64,000 nt of DNA from an uncultured Candidatus Saccharibacteria bacterium (lineage in GTDB: Bacteria > Patescibacteriota > Saccharimonadia > Saccharimonadales > Saccharimonadaceae), in NCBI GenBank assembly GCA_964514875.1, contig CAZETG010000001.1, forward strand, positions 12,187-76,186, given 5' to 3'. Below the pieces are notes generated by a model that did no database searches, was not told the origin of the DNA, and saw only the letters and a list, made by a program, of their open reading frames with translations. A program made the translations under genes and the position numbers. The stretch's first letter is position 1. Each line of letters begins with the position of its first letter. Positions 18,192 through 28,621 of the stretch are shown piece after piece.

Positions 18192-20291
18192 ATGTTTGTT
18201 AAACTTGCACTCAAAAATATCAAACGCAGCATCAAGGATTATGCGATTTATTTTGTGACGCTCGTACTTGGCGTGGCAGTCTTCTATGTTTTCAACGCAC
18301 TCGACAGCCAAGCTGTAATGCTTAATGTTAATGATCGTGTGCGCGAAATCCTTGGCCTAGTCAACATCATCATGGGCACGGTCAGTGTTTTTATTGCCTT
18401 TATCCTTGGGTCGTTGATCGTGTATGCTTCGCGTTTTTTGATTAAACGGCGCAGCAAAGAATTCGGCATTTACCTCACGCTCGGTATGAGCAAGCGCAAA
18501 GTTTCTATGGTCTTGCTCCTCGAAACCTTCTTTATCGGCATCTTGTCGCTAGCGGTAGGATTAGTACTGGGGGTTTTGGCCTCGCAATTGACCAGCGTGT
18601 TAGTCGCTAATATGTTTGATGCAAATTTGACTGAATTTCACTTTGTTTTCTCAGCTTCTGCGTGTGTACAAACGCTGATTTACTTCGGTATCATCTATCT
18701 TGTCGTCATGATTTTTAATACGATCAATATTAGTCGTCAGAAATTGATCAACTTACTGTCTAGCCATCGCCAGAGCGAAAAAGTCAAACTTAAAAATCCT
18801 TGGTTTTGTACGATTATCTTCATTATCGCTTCCGTCATGCTTGGCATCGCTTATTATCTCGTCACTGGCGGCTTACAAAAGCTCGCGGAGGATAACGATA
18901 TGCAAGTATTGCTGATTCCGATCTCCATGGGCGTCGTAGCAACTTTTCTACTTTTCTGGTCACTCTCAGGTTTGCTATTGCGTATTTTCATGAGCTTCAA
19001 AAAGATTTATTACACGAGACTTAACTCTTTTGTCTTACGACAGTTCAGCAGTAAAATCAATACAACGGTAGTATCAATGAGTTTGATTTGTCTCATGCTG
19101 TTCGTGACCATATGTGTGCTTGGCTCTGCACTCTCAATTAATACGACATTGCACAACAATATTGAAAAGGCTCTGCCAGCTGACGTGCAAATTGATGTCA
19201 TGGGTGAAAATGCTATCAGTATCGAAGAAGCTTACGCTACGGAAGGCATTGACATTAACCAACTCCTAAAAGATGCCGTTCGCTATCGTCTGTATATCCT
19301 CAAGGATTTTTCGCTCATTGACAGCCTTGGCAGTTATGTCGCATCTACTGTAGACGGAGAAATTGTCGCGTCATCACAAAGTGAATACGCTATCAAAGCC
19401 AGCGACTATAATCGCCTTGCTGACTTATTTAAACTCCCAAAAGTCGAATTAGCAGCTAATGAATACGCCGTGATTGCAAATTATGGTCCATTAGTCACCC
19501 TGCGTAATCAAGCCTTGGCGCAAGATATTGAGATTTCTATCAACGGCGTTAAGCTAAAACCGAAGCTAGACAAATGCATTGAAGGCGCGATTGAGCTGGA
19601 AATGGCGGCCATGAACGGCGGAGTGATGATTCTACCGGATCAAGTGCTCGCAAAAGATCAAGATTCTTATGTTCGGGAAATCGTTGTGGCGAATTTTGCC
19701 GACTCCGAACGCTCTGCTGAAATCGAACAAGACCTCCTACGCCTCGATAACCGCTTCTTTAACGCCAATACTGGCAGCGATCCAGACGAAGATACCGGGC
19801 AAGCGATTTATCCGCATGGCGATGCTACCGCCGATTCCGATGAAGGTCGAGAAATCTTTTATTACAATGTTACTACAAAACAAAGTATTATCGACAATAA
19901 TGTCGGTACATCAGCGTTAGTTACCTTCGTAGGGCTATATCTCGGCATCATCTTCTTGATTTCCAGCGCTGCCATTCTCGCGCTCAAAGAACTTTCCGAA
20001 AGTAGCGACAACCGCGAAAAATACACGATTCTTCGCAAGATCGGCGCCAGCGAGAAAATGCTTAATCATGCATTGTTTTGGCAAATCTTCATCTTTTTTC
20101 TTTTCCCGCTTGCAATCGCGATTTTACATTCCGTATTCGGCCTGATGTTCTGCGACTTCCTCTTATCGACGCTTGGTGGAGTCGACCTGATGCGGACACT
20201 GCCATGGGTAGCCTGTCTTCTCGGCGGAATTTATGGTGGATATTTTATCGTCACGTATCTGTGTAGCAAAAATATCATCCGGCAGCACTAA
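18192..20291 (+). CDS. ABC transporter permease, FtsX-type with large extracellular domain (BceB-like)
   Basis: 699 aa with multiple TM helices in N- and C-terminal FtsX-like blocks. These are separated by a soluble region of about 230 aa. Confidence 0.85.
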   Translation: MFVKLALKNIKRSIKDYAIYFVTLVLGVAVFYVFNALDSQAVMLNVNDRVREILGLVNIIMGTVSVFIAFILGSLIVYASRFLIKRRSKEFGIYLTLGMSKRKVSMVLLLETFFIGILSLAVGLVLGVLASQLTSVLVANMFDANLTEFHFVFSASACVQTLIYFGIIYLVVMIFNTINISRQKLINLLSSHRQSEKVKLKNPWFCTIIFIIASVMLGIAYYLVTGGLQKLAEDNDMQVLLIPISMGVVATFLLFWSLSGLLLRIFMSFKKIYYTRLNSFVLRQFSSKINTTVVSMSLICLMLFVTICVLGSALSINTTLHNNIEKALPADVQIDVMGENAISIEEAYATEGIDINQLLKDAVRYRLYILKDFSLIDSLGSYVASTVDGEIVASSQSEYAIKASDYNRLADLFKLPKVELAANEYAVIANYGPLVTLRNQALAQDIEISINGVKLKPKLDKCIEGAIELEMAAMNGGVMILPDQVLAKDQDSYVREIVVANFADSERSAEIEQDLLRLDNRFFNANTGSDPDEDTGQAIYPHGDATADSDEGREIFYYNVTTKQSIIDNNVGTSALVTFVGLYLGIIFLISSAAILALKELSESSDNREKYTILRKIGASEKMLNHALFWQIFIFFLFPLAIAILHSVFGLMFCDFLLSTLGGVDLMRTLPWVACLLGGIYGGYFIVTYLCSKNIIRQH

Positions 20292-20322
20292 CAAATAAGT
20301 TATAAAAAGAACCGAGCTAGTC

Positions 20323-20353
20323 AACTTCTCCCGAATTAATAGCGGGAGAAGTT
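20323..20353 (+). terminator. Hairpin after the permease gene
   Basis: AACTTCTCCCG-aattaatag-CGGGAGAAGTT gives an 11-bp perfect stem with a weak T-tract. Confidence 0.55.
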
Positions 20354-20389
20354 TGATGAATGACATATTTTCTCTAAAACCTTAAATTG

Positions 20390-20398
20390 TGCTATAAT
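20390..20398 (+). promoter_or_regulatory. Extended -10 (TGCTATAAT) 9 nt upstream of the rmuC ATG
   Basis: Sequence is ttgTGCTATAATcaagcgtatATG. The box lies inside the longer ORF-track reading frame, which argues for the start at 20408. Confidence 0.6.
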
Positions 20399-20407
20399 CA
20401 AGCGTAT

Positions 20408-21595
20408 ATGGAATGGACCATTCTTGGACTAGTCGTTGTCGTCATTATCTTGCTAGTTATTTTAGTGCTACGCAAACCACAAAGTTCCGCTATTAATATT
20501 GTGCGCCTAGAAGAGCGCTTGATTCGAATCGAAAGTGAACTCGATAAGCTCGCACCGAAGATCGAAGGTGAGTTTCGCGAGAATCGTAAGGAGATCACCC
20601 AGAACCTGCAAGGCAACCGCAAAGAGATTTCTGATAATTTACAATACATTCAGCGCACTGTTGATACGCGTGTCAAAAGTCTTCAAGATGATAATGCCAA
20701 GAAGCTCGAAGAAATGCGCCAAACCGTCGACGAAAAACTACAAAAATCCGTCGAACAGCGCTTCAATGCTAGTTTTAAACAAATTTCTGGACAACTTTCC
20801 CAAGTCTATCAAGGCCTCGGCGAAATGCGCAATCTCGCTAATGGCGTCGGCGATCTGAAAAAAGTCATGGAAGGCGTCAAGACGCGCGGTATTTATGGTG
20901 AAGTCCAGCTTGGCAATATCATCGCCGATAGTCTCAGCAAAGATCAATATGCGGAGAATATTATTACGAAACATGGTAGCAATGACCGTGTCGAATTCGC
21001 GATCAAGATGCCTGGTCAAGGCGACCAGATCGTATATTTACCGATCGATTCGAAATTTCCAGTCGAAAATTACGCGCGCCTGATAGATGCTTATGACAAA
21101 AATCAAAAACCAGCCATTGACAAATATCGTAAGGCGTTGACTAATGATGTCAAGACTCAAGCAAAAAAAATTGCCGAAAAATATCTCGATCCGCCTGCGA
21201 CGACTGATTTTGGAATCATGTTTGTGCCAACTGAGAGTCTGTATGCCGAAATCATGCGTATCCCGGGATTATTTGACGAAATTCGCCAGAAGCAAAGTGT
21301 CACGATTTGCTCGCCATCGACTTTACCAGTGATTCTCTCAGGACTAACCATGGGTTTCCGTACGGTGGCTATTGAGAAACGTTCAGCCGAAGTTTGGCAG
21401 ACACTTGGCGCCGTCAAGGCTCAGTTCGGTAAATTCGGCGATTTGCTGGCCGCGACTAAGAAGAAACTTGAAGAAACCGCTAATAAAATCGGTAGCGCTG
21501 AAGTTACATCGCGTCAAATCGAGCGCAAATTAAAAAATGTCGAAACTTTACCTGAAAGCGAAAGCATTAAAATGATTGGAAATTTGGAGGTCTAA
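20408..21595 (+). CDS. rmuC: DNA recombination protein RmuC
   Basis: N-terminal TM helix, a long coiled coil and an RmuC-type C-terminal domain. Start trimmed to MEWTILG. Confidence 0.85.
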   Translation: MEWTILGLVVVVIILLVILVLRKPQSSAINIVRLEERLIRIESELDKLAPKIEGEFRENRKEITQNLQGNRKEISDNLQYIQRTVDTRVKSLQDDNAKKLEEMRQTVDEKLQKSVEQRFNASFKQISGQLSQVYQGLGEMRNLANGVGDLKKVMEGVKTRGIYGEVQLGNIIADSLSKDQYAENIITKHGSNDRVEFAIKMPGQGDQIVYLPIDSKFPVENYARLIDAYDKNQKPAIDKYRKALTNDVKTQAKKIAEKYLDPPATTDFGIMFVPTESLYAEIMRIPGLFDEIRQKQSVTICSPSTLPVILSGLTMGFRTVAIEKRSAEVWQTLGAVKAQFGKFGDLLAATKKKLEETANKIGSAEVTSRQIERKLKNVETLPESESIKMIGNLEV

Positions 21596-21596
21596 A

Positions 21597-22403
21597 ATGC
21601 ACGCCATCAAACAATATCGTGATGAATGGAGAATTCAAGAATACCTACTCATTACGTTTTTTATTTCCTGGCTAAGCTGGGGCATTCTCTGCATGCTCAC
21701 AAATTTGCAAGTCATTAGTTTCAATAGTCCGCTCGGTATCATTTTGTTTGTGCTCGGCGGGTTTGGGCCGACCATTTCCGCAATTATGTGCATTGAAGGA
21801 AAGATTACTTTTAAGAAAATCCGCGAATTCATCTTTAGTCGTAAGAAACGCACGATTTTATACTTTCTCGCGCTCGCGATTATTATGATCGCAATCGTGA
21901 TGCTTTCATCGTCTATGCAGACAAACCCGGATATGCCGTGGTATGTGTTGCCGATTGTTCTCTTGGTATGCACATTTGTGGGTGGCGGCAATGAAGAGCT
22001 GGGTTGGCGTGGTACCCTGCAGCCGATTATGGAGCGCGTCATTGGCAGAAAAGCTAAACATCCGATCATGGGGTTTATGGTTGCGACACTTATCGTTGGC
22101 GTAATTTGGGCGATTTGGCATTTGCCGCTGTGGTTCGTGGTTGGCTCGACACAGCAGAATTTGCCGTTCTTTCTCTTTGCTGCCGCCGCGATTGCCGAGA
22201 GCTTCTGGCTGGCCTATATTTTTCGCACGACACATTCGGTTTTCTATTGTATGCTGATTCATGGTTTGACCAATGTCCTGATGAGCTTCTTTGTCATTGA
22301 AGTGAATTGGATTTTGGTCGCTGGCTATCTCGCCACAACGATTGCCACAATTTTCATAGGTGCTCGATCAACGCCTAAGAAAGTAACTTATGAGCACGAT
22401 TAA
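21597..22403 (+). CDS. CPBP-family intramembrane metalloprotease
   Basis: GGGNEELGWRG (EExxxR), WAIWHLP and HGLTN motifs. Start chosen at the ATG 6 nt after GGAGG. Confidence 0.75.
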   Translation: MHAIKQYRDEWRIQEYLLITFFISWLSWGILCMLTNLQVISFNSPLGIILFVLGGFGPTISAIMCIEGKITFKKIREFIFSRKKRTILYFLALAIIMIAIVMLSSSMQTNPDMPWYVLPIVLLVCTFVGGGNEELGWRGTLQPIMERVIGRKAKHPIMGFMVATLIVGVIWAIWHLPLWFVVGSTQQNLPFFLFAAAAIAESFWLAYIFRTTHSVFYCMLIHGLTNVLMSFFVIEVNWILVAGYLATTIATIFIGARSTPKKVTYEHD

Positions 22404-23175
22404 CTTCCTTGCTACTTGGTTTACTATTTTTATTATCTATTCTTTCATTGGCTGGGTAATGGAGCTATGCGTCATGTATCTCGAAAAGCGCCGCATCGGC
22501 AACCGCGGGTTTTTGATCGGTCCAGTTATTCCGATCTATGGTTTTGGCGCAATCCTAATTACAATCCTGCTTAATCGTACCGAAAATGTCTTTGCAATTT
22601 TCTGTGTTTCCGTCATTGGCAGTGGGATCCTAGAGTACCTTACGAGCTATATCATGGAAAAGCTATTCCATGTGCGCTGGTGGGATTATAGTCACGACGC
22701 CTTCAACATTAACGGACGTGTTTGCTTGCGTACACTCGTCTGCTTCGGAATTTTCGGGATTATTATTCTGAATTTTACTAACCCATTTCTCCTCTGGCTA
22801 CTCGGTAAGCTTAACCCAGTGTTTTTAGATATCATAGCTTTAATTTTGCTGATCGTTTTTATTTCGGATATTTTTGGCTCACTCTACTTAATTACGCGTT
22901 TTCGCGTCGCCGCCGGAACAGTTGAGAAAGATGCCACCGAAGAAATTTCTGAGCGGATTCGTGAAATTATTATGCAGCGTGGCCGCCTCAGTCGACGCTT
23001 AGTTAAGGCGTTTCCAGATCTCGAAGTCAAAAAGACGTCCACCCGCAAACGTAAAAGTACGACGCATAGTCGTACTAAAGCTAGTAAGCGGACCAACAAT
23101 CATAACCAACCAGAGACTTCTAGCGCTCAAACTTCTGAAAAACCGACCTCTCCGAAACCAAAGTCTCGTCAGTGA
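22390..23175 (+). CDS. Polytopic membrane protein (PF06541-like, by recollection) with a basic low-complexity tail
   Basis: YSFIGWVMELCVMYLEKRRIGNRGFLIGPVIPIYGFG block. The C-terminus is rich in K/R/S/T. Confidence 0.6.
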   Translation: MSTINFLATWFTIFIIYSFIGWVMELCVMYLEKRRIGNRGFLIGPVIPIYGFGAILITILLNRTENVFAIFCVSVIGSGILEYLTSYIMEKLFHVRWWDYSHDAFNINGRVCLRTLVCFGIFGIIILNFTNPFLLWLLGKLNPVFLDIIALILLIVFISDIFGSLYLITRFRVAAGTVEKDATEEISERIREIIMQRGRLSRRLVKAFPDLEVKKTSTRKRKSTTHSRTKASKRTNNHNQPETSSAQTSEKPTSPKPKSRQ

Positions 23176-23184
23176 CAAAACTCT

Positions 23185-23261
23185 CAAAGCTATCATGTGA
23201 TAGCTTTGACATGATACCTAACAGGGGTGAAATTTTGCACAAAGTTGTCACGTGATAGCTT
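23185..23261 (-). repeat. Double-palindrome repeat, copy Y (inverted relative to X)
   Basis: CAAAGCTATCATGTGATAGCTTTG .. TAACAGGGGTGA .. AAGTTGTCACGTGATAGCTT. Its reverse complement aligns with 11481-11559 at roughly four-fifths identity by eye. Confidence 0.7.
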
Positions 23262-23334
23262 AGTATGTTTTCATGGTAGAATGGCAAAGCTAAAAACTGC
23301 CTAAAATCTTGCACGGCAGTACATCGCAAAACTA

Positions 23335-23343
23335 TGCTATAAT
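23335..23343 (+). promoter_or_regulatory. Extended -10 (TGCTATAAT) 6 nt upstream of the ATG; leaderless-type
   Basis: Sequence is actaTGCTATAATatagctATG. Confidence 0.6.
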
Positions 23344-23349
23344 ATAGCT

Positions 23350-24351
23350 ATGGACAAGACATTGCTAGACTTTCTGAAAGACAAGAAACGTATCTGTATT
23401 ATTCAGGCGGAAAATCCCGATGGCGACTCGCTCGGCTCGGCGATTGCCCTTGATTATATTTTGCAAGATTCCGAGAATCATTTGTATTGTCCGGTCGATA
23501 TTCCGCACTATTTGCATTATTTTCCCGATTGGTCGCGCGTCGATATTGAGTTTGACTATCGTGCCGATGGATATATTATTGTCGATACTGCCGCGGGTAT
23601 TTTATTGTCAAAATTGCTCGATGATACGGCAATCCGGAATTGTTTATATACTAAGCCAGTTTTGGTGATTGATCATCATGAGACTGAAGACGATCTTGAT
23701 TTTCCGCACGAAGCAATTATTGAACCGCGTCCGGCTTGCGCAGATGTAATTTATCACGTTGCGAAAACGGCAGGGCTCGCGATTCCGCGTGAAGCAGCCG
23801 ATGCGATCTATGCGGCGATTTCTTCAGATACACTGGGGTTAGTTAGCGCTTCGGTCACCGCTGACACGATGCGTACGATGGCGGAATTGATCGATCTCGG
23901 CGCTAATCCAGCCGAACTTGAGGAGCGTCGTCGCGAATTTATGAAAAAATCTGCGCGAATTCTCGATTATAAAGCTGATCTGATTAAACGGATTGAGTAT
24001 TCGCTTGGTGGGGCACTGGCCACAATTCACATTCCATTTGAAGAAATTCAAGCTTATTCCAATGAGTATAATCCGAATGTTTTAATTCTTGAGGAAATGC
24101 GCCTGGTCGAAGGAGTAATTCTGGCAGTTGCGATTAAAACTTATCCCGATGGCAAGGTTACCGGCAAGGTCCGCGCCAGCGAGCCGATCGCTGAGCAAGT
24201 TGCGGGTTATTTCGGTGGCGGCGGACATCCATATGCGGCTGGTTTTCGGACTTATGATATGAGCTATAATGATGTGGTAGCCGATTTAGTCGAAATTATG
24301 CCTAGATTGTTAGCAGAAAGTCGCCAAGATGCTCAGCCGCAAGATTTATAA
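23350..24351 (+). CDS. DHH/DHHA1 phosphoesterase (NrnA-like)
   Basis: DGDSLGS, DHHET and GGGGHPYAAG motifs. Confidence 0.85.
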   Translation: MDKTLLDFLKDKKRICIIQAENPDGDSLGSAIALDYILQDSENHLYCPVDIPHYLHYFPDWSRVDIEFDYRADGYIIVDTAAGILLSKLLDDTAIRNCLYTKPVLVIDHHETEDDLDFPHEAIIEPRPACADVIYHVAKTAGLAIPREAADAIYAAISSDTLGLVSASVTADTMRTMAELIDLGANPAELEERRREFMKKSARILDYKADLIKRIEYSLGGALATIHIPFEEIQAYSNEYNPNVLILEEMRLVEGVILAVAIKTYPDGKVTGKVRASEPIAEQVAGYFGGGGHPYAAGFRTYDMSYNDVVADLVEIMPRLLAESRQDAQPQDL

Positions 24352-25186
24352 CGGTCTGACTTGGGTTTGGCATCGGTTTTTGCATGTTCCGATTTATCTG
24401 AAGGCAACCTTTGATGATAGGCGCAAGAATCCAGCGCTCACCGTCGTCTTTTTGCATGGTATTTCGGCGACGTCCGATACTTGGCGGAGTACAATTCGGA
24501 ACTTGGAACGGAATCATGATTTCGATCAAGTGCGATTCATTGCGCTGGATTTACTTGGATTTGGTCAATCTCTACAGGCAGATTGGCTGGATTATAGTTA
24601 CCAAGAGTATCATATGGCGCTAAATCGCACGCTCAGAAAATTAAAAGTTACAGGTCCAGTCGTGATCATTGGGCATTCGATGGGTTCACTAATTGCCGCG
24701 GATTATGTTGTGAATTTCCATCCAGTGGCCGATATTATTCATTTAATTCTAGTTTCGCCACCAGTCTTAATGGCGGCCGAATTGGCGCGTTTACCAGACC
24801 AAGTTTATACCAAATCTTATGCTTCCTTACATAAAATTGCCACTGACGTTCCGGCTGCAGAAGTTTTAGCGAAACTGATTCAGAAATTTAGCAGTTTTCG
24901 AAGTGATTATATCAAGACGAGCGCGTTTGCGAAATCAATGGAAAATATTATTCTGAATCGTCAAAATTATCAAACTTATACCAAAATCCGCACGCCAACT
25001 TTATTGCTGCACGGACATTTTGATCCGCTTGTTCTGGGCTCAAATTTGCGTCGTGCCGCCAAGCAAAACCCGAAATATCTGCAATATAAAAGTGTCATCG
25101 GTCAGCACGATATGTCGGCGGGGAAACGTGCTAGAATAGAACAAGAACTAAAGAAGGTACTGCAAAATGAAAGTAAAACTTTATAA
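24329..25186 (+). CDS. Alpha/beta-fold hydrolase
   Basis: VVFLHGI, the nucleophile elbow GHSMGS, and a C-terminal HD. Confidence 0.7.
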   Translation: MLSRKIYNGLTWVWHRFLHVPIYLKATFDDRRKNPALTVVFLHGISATSDTWRSTIRNLERNHDFDQVRFIALDLLGFGQSLQADWLDYSYQEYHMALNRTLRKLKVTGPVVIIGHSMGSLIAADYVVNFHPVADIIHLILVSPPVLMAAELARLPDQVYTKSYASLHKIATDVPAAEVLAKLIQKFSSFRSDYIKTSAFAKSMENIILNRQNYQTYTKIRTPTLLLHGHFDPLVLGSNLRRAAKQNPKYLQYKSVIGQHDMSAGKRARIEQELKKVLQNESKTL

Positions 25187-26546
25187 TACACTTGATCGCA
25201 AACTTGAAACTTTTACACCGTTTAATCCCGAGGCGGTCAAAATTTATACTTGTGGTCCGACGGTTTATAGCCAGCCGCACGTTGGTAATTTCGCTGCGTA
25301 TATTTATTGGGATTTACTTGTGCGTACTTTACGCGCGAATGGTTATGGCGTGAAGCGTGTCCTCAATCTGACCGATGTCGGACATCTGACTTCTGACGAT
25401 GACGACGGTGAAGACAAAATGGAAAAAGGCGCTCGGCAAGCTCAGAAAACCGTCTGGGAAGTAGCAGATTATTATATTGAGCAGTTTTTGACGGATTATC
25501 GGAAACTAAAGTTATCTGAGCCGGAAGTAATCGCGCGAGCTACGGATTATATTGAGCAAGATATAGCGCTAGTTGATTTATTGACGGAGAAAGGCTATAC
25601 CTACGAAACGCTAGACGGAATTTACTTCGATACCAGTAAATTTCCGAAGTACGCTGACTTTGCCAAGCTCGATCTTGCCAATCTAAAGGCCGGTGCACGG
25701 GTTACATTTTCGCAGGAAAAGCGCAACATTACTGATTTTGCGGTCTGGAAATTTATTCAACCCAGTGAAAACCACGCCATGCGCTGGAACTATCGTGGTC
25801 GTCCTGGCTATCCGGGCTGGCACCTTGAGTGCTCAACTATTATCCATGAAATACTCGGCGAGACAATCGATATTCACTGTGGTGGCATCGACCATATTCC
25901 AGTGCATCATACGAACGAAATTGCGCAGAGTGAAGCCGCGTTTGATAAACTGCTAGCAAAATATTGGCTACATTGCAATCATCTCACGATCGATAAGCAA
26001 AAGATTTCTAAGTCAATCGGCAATGTCTGGACACTTCAAGATCTGCGAGATAAAGGTTATGCGCCGATGGATTTCAAAATGTGGGTGCTGCAGGGGCATT
26101 ATCAATCGGAACGTGATTTTAATTTTGATAATCTCGAAGCGGCGCGTTTGCGTCGGCTAGAGTGGCGCCGTCGCATCGGTTTTGCGCGTTATCAAGCGCC
26201 TGCCGAAGTTCAGCGCGTTCAGGAAGATGTTGCGCGAGAAGTTTGGATGCGGGTTTTGGAAGCCGCGTCCAATAATTTGAATTCTCCGATGGCGTTTGCG
26301 GTGATTGATTCGGCTAACTTCATCGATCTTGATACTTGGGAGAAAATCGATCAGTTGTTTGGCCTTGATTTATTCCAAGATACGCCAGATATTACCGACG
26401 AACAAAAAGATCTACTCAAGCAGCGTTATCAAGCCAAGCTGAACCAAGATTACGCAGCGGCCGATGCGATTCGCGATACTCTAGCTACGCAGGCTATCGG
26501 CGTCGTCGATACTAAAGATGGCTATGCGTGGACGTATCTAAAGTGA
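25167..26546 (+). CDS. cysS: Cysteine--tRNA ligase
   Basis: HVGNF (HIGH-type) and KISKS (KMSKS-type) motifs, plus the Cys/His zinc ligand context; 459 aa. Confidence 0.95.
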   Translation: MKVKLYNTLDRKLETFTPFNPEAVKIYTCGPTVYSQPHVGNFAAYIYWDLLVRTLRANGYGVKRVLNLTDVGHLTSDDDDGEDKMEKGARQAQKTVWEVADYYIEQFLTDYRKLKLSEPEVIARATDYIEQDIALVDLLTEKGYTYETLDGIYFDTSKFPKYADFAKLDLANLKAGARVTFSQEKRNITDFAVWKFIQPSENHAMRWNYRGRPGYPGWHLECSTIIHEILGETIDIHCGGIDHIPVHHTNEIAQSEAAFDKLLAKYWLHCNHLTIDKQKISKSIGNVWTLQDLRDKGYAPMDFKMWVLQGHYQSERDFNFDNLEAARLRRLEWRRRIGFARYQAPAEVQRVQEDVAREVWMRVLEAASNNLNSPMAFAVIDSANFIDLDTWEKIDQLFGLDLFQDTPDITDEQKDLLKQRYQAKLNQDYAAADAIRDTLATQAIGVVDTKDGYAWTYLK

Positions 26547-26581
26547 TTACAATCTAAGCAAAGTTATGGTAAAATAATAAA

Positions 26582-27337
26582 ATGAAAAAAGTGATCGAGG
26601 TAAAAAATCTGGTCAAAGTTTATGGAAAGCGCGAGACTGCTTTTGAAGCTTTGAAGGGGATTGATCTAGATATTTATGAGGGCGAATCGGTTGCCATTGT
26701 TGGGAAATCTGGTTCTGGCAAGTCGACTTTAATGCATCTTCTAGCCTTGTTAGACAAACCGACGAGCGGTACAATTAAAATCGACGGGATTGATTCGACC
26801 AAGCTTAGTAATCGCGAACTGAATAAACTGCGTAATCGGACTTTTGGGTTTGTGTTTCAGCAGTTTTTCATGAATCCGAACGATACGGTGTTGGAAAATG
26901 TGGTTCTACCACTAAAAATTGCTGGCGTCGGGAGTAGAGAGCGTAAAAAACTAGCTGAGGACGCTCTACGCACAGTCGATCTTGGCGCGCGCATGAAATT
27001 CCGTGCCAATGACCTTTCTGGCGGGCAGAAGCAGCGCGTCTGTATTGCTCGTGCTATCGTTAATAATCCGAAGATTCTTTTTGCCGACGAGCCAACTGGC
27101 AATCTCGACTCGACCACAGGAGACAGAATCATTGATCTGTTATTCGGGCTCAACAAAGGAAAAAGGGTAACTTTAATTATCGTTACGCACGATGAAGATC
27201 TAGCTAGTCTATGTCAGCGTCAAATCCACATTTCAGACGGCGAAATTGTCAAAATTACCGAAAATGGCCCGAAGGGGGAATGGGTTGATGGCAAATGGAA
27301 AATGGTAGTTCCGGAGGAGGAAGATGGGAATCTTTGA
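26582..27337 (+). CDS. ABC transporter ATP-binding protein (MacB/LolD-type)
   Basis: GKSGSGKST, LSGGQKQR and ILFADEPT motifs. A TAAAAT box lies 6 nt upstream of the ATG. Confidence 0.9.
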   Translation: MKKVIEVKNLVKVYGKRETAFEALKGIDLDIYEGESVAIVGKSGSGKSTLMHLLALLDKPTSGTIKIDGIDSTKLSNRELNKLRNRTFGFVFQQFFMNPNDTVLENVVLPLKIAGVGSRERKKLAEDALRTVDLGARMKFRANDLSGGQKQRVCIARAIVNNPKILFADEPTGNLDSTTGDRIIDLLFGLNKGKRVTLIIVTHDEDLASLCQRQIHISDGEIVKITENGPKGEWVDGKWKMVVPEEEDGNL

Positions 27338-28616
27338 TATTATCGTTAGCGCAAATCGTAATCTTTTGCGTAACAAAGTGCGAACTTTTCTGACGATTTT
27401 GGCGATTTTTGTTGGTAGTTTTACGATTTGTCTTAATGTAGCGATTAATTCCGGCGTAAATGAATTTATTGATCAGCAGACCGAAAGTCTCGGTGGCGAA
27501 GATTATATTATGGTTATGCCCGGCGGATCGGCTGAGATGGTCAGCTCGATGATGATGTCTTCAAACGAGCCGACAGAATATAGTCCCGACCGTACTGCTT
27601 CCATGATGTCCAAGGAGCAAATTGAAAAGCTGAAAAAAGTTGACGGTATTGATGGTGATAGTATCTATGTCGTCAAGCAGGTCGCTGTTGATTACATTGG
27701 TAGTGATTATACTGATAAAAAATATACGATCAATCTTGGCTCGATGCCACCAGGCGATTTTAACATTGCGCTGACTGCTGGCAGTTTGCCAGATCGCGAA
27801 GCGAAAGACTATCAGATTACGCTTGAGCCGGGCTATCCAAAAGTTCTTGGTCTCGGTTCCGACGAAGAAGCAATTGGCAAGACAGTTACAGTTACGTTTA
27901 TCGATCCGAATACAAAGAAGGCTACGAACTATGACGTTAAAGTCGTTGGCGTACAGGCTCAGGGCGTAGTCGCCGTGAATGGTTCAGTGATCAATTTAGC
28001 GCTAGAAGACGCCATTTTTAACGAAGCGACCAAAAATTATCCGCCGGAATACGCCGAGCAGGCTTACGTTGTTCAAGCGCGCTACGACAACGAGAAATAT
28101 ACCGAAGACGAAATTAAGCAACTTCTTGAAGATAACGATTTTTACGGTATTACCGTTTCTGATATGATGGGCACGATTCGAACATTCTTTGACGTGATTA
28201 TGGTCGTGTTTACGATCTTCGGTGGCATCGCTCTACTTGCAGCGGCAATCGGTATTATCAATACCTTGCTAATGTCCGTCGAAGAGCGTACGCGCGAAAT
28301 CGGCCTCGACAAAGCTCTTGGCATGTCCTCGACGAAGATTTTCTTAAGTTTCTCGCTTGAAGCAATTGCACTCGGCTTCTGGGGCTCCGCGTTTGGCGTC
28401 GGCGTCGCACTATTAGTCGGCAATATTGCAAATACCGCCTTACATCAGCCGGGTGCGCTGCTCGAAGTATTCCCGACCTTTAATCTGTTTGATTTTTCTA
28501 TTAATAATATGCTGCCGATCGTACTTATCGTCATGGTAATTGCCTTCGTCGCCGGTACCGCTCCGGCCTGGAAAGCGGCACATAAGAATCCAATCGATGC
28601 ATTGCGGTATGAATAG
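27324..28616 (+). CDS. ABC transporter permease, MacB/FtsX-type
   Basis: TM1, a large extracytoplasmic domain, then three C-terminal TM helices of FtsX type. Overlaps the ATPase gene. Confidence 0.85.
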   Translation: MGIFDIIVSANRNLLRNKVRTFLTILAIFVGSFTICLNVAINSGVNEFIDQQTESLGGEDYIMVMPGGSAEMVSSMMMSSNEPTEYSPDRTASMMSKEQIEKLKKVDGIDGDSIYVVKQVAVDYIGSDYTDKKYTINLGSMPPGDFNIALTAGSLPDREAKDYQITLEPGYPKVLGLGSDEEAIGKTVTVTFIDPNTKKATNYDVKVVGVQAQGVVAVNGSVINLALEDAIFNEATKNYPPEYAEQAYVVQARYDNEKYTEDEIKQLLEDNDFYGITVSDMMGTIRTFFDVIMVVFTIFGGIALLAAAIGIINTLLMSVEERTREIGLDKALGMSSTKIFLSFSLEAIALGFWGSAFGVGVALLVGNIANTALHQPGALLEVFPTFNLFDFSINNMLPIVLIVMVIAFVAGTAPAWKAAHKNPIDALRYE

Positions 28617-28621
28617 ACATT

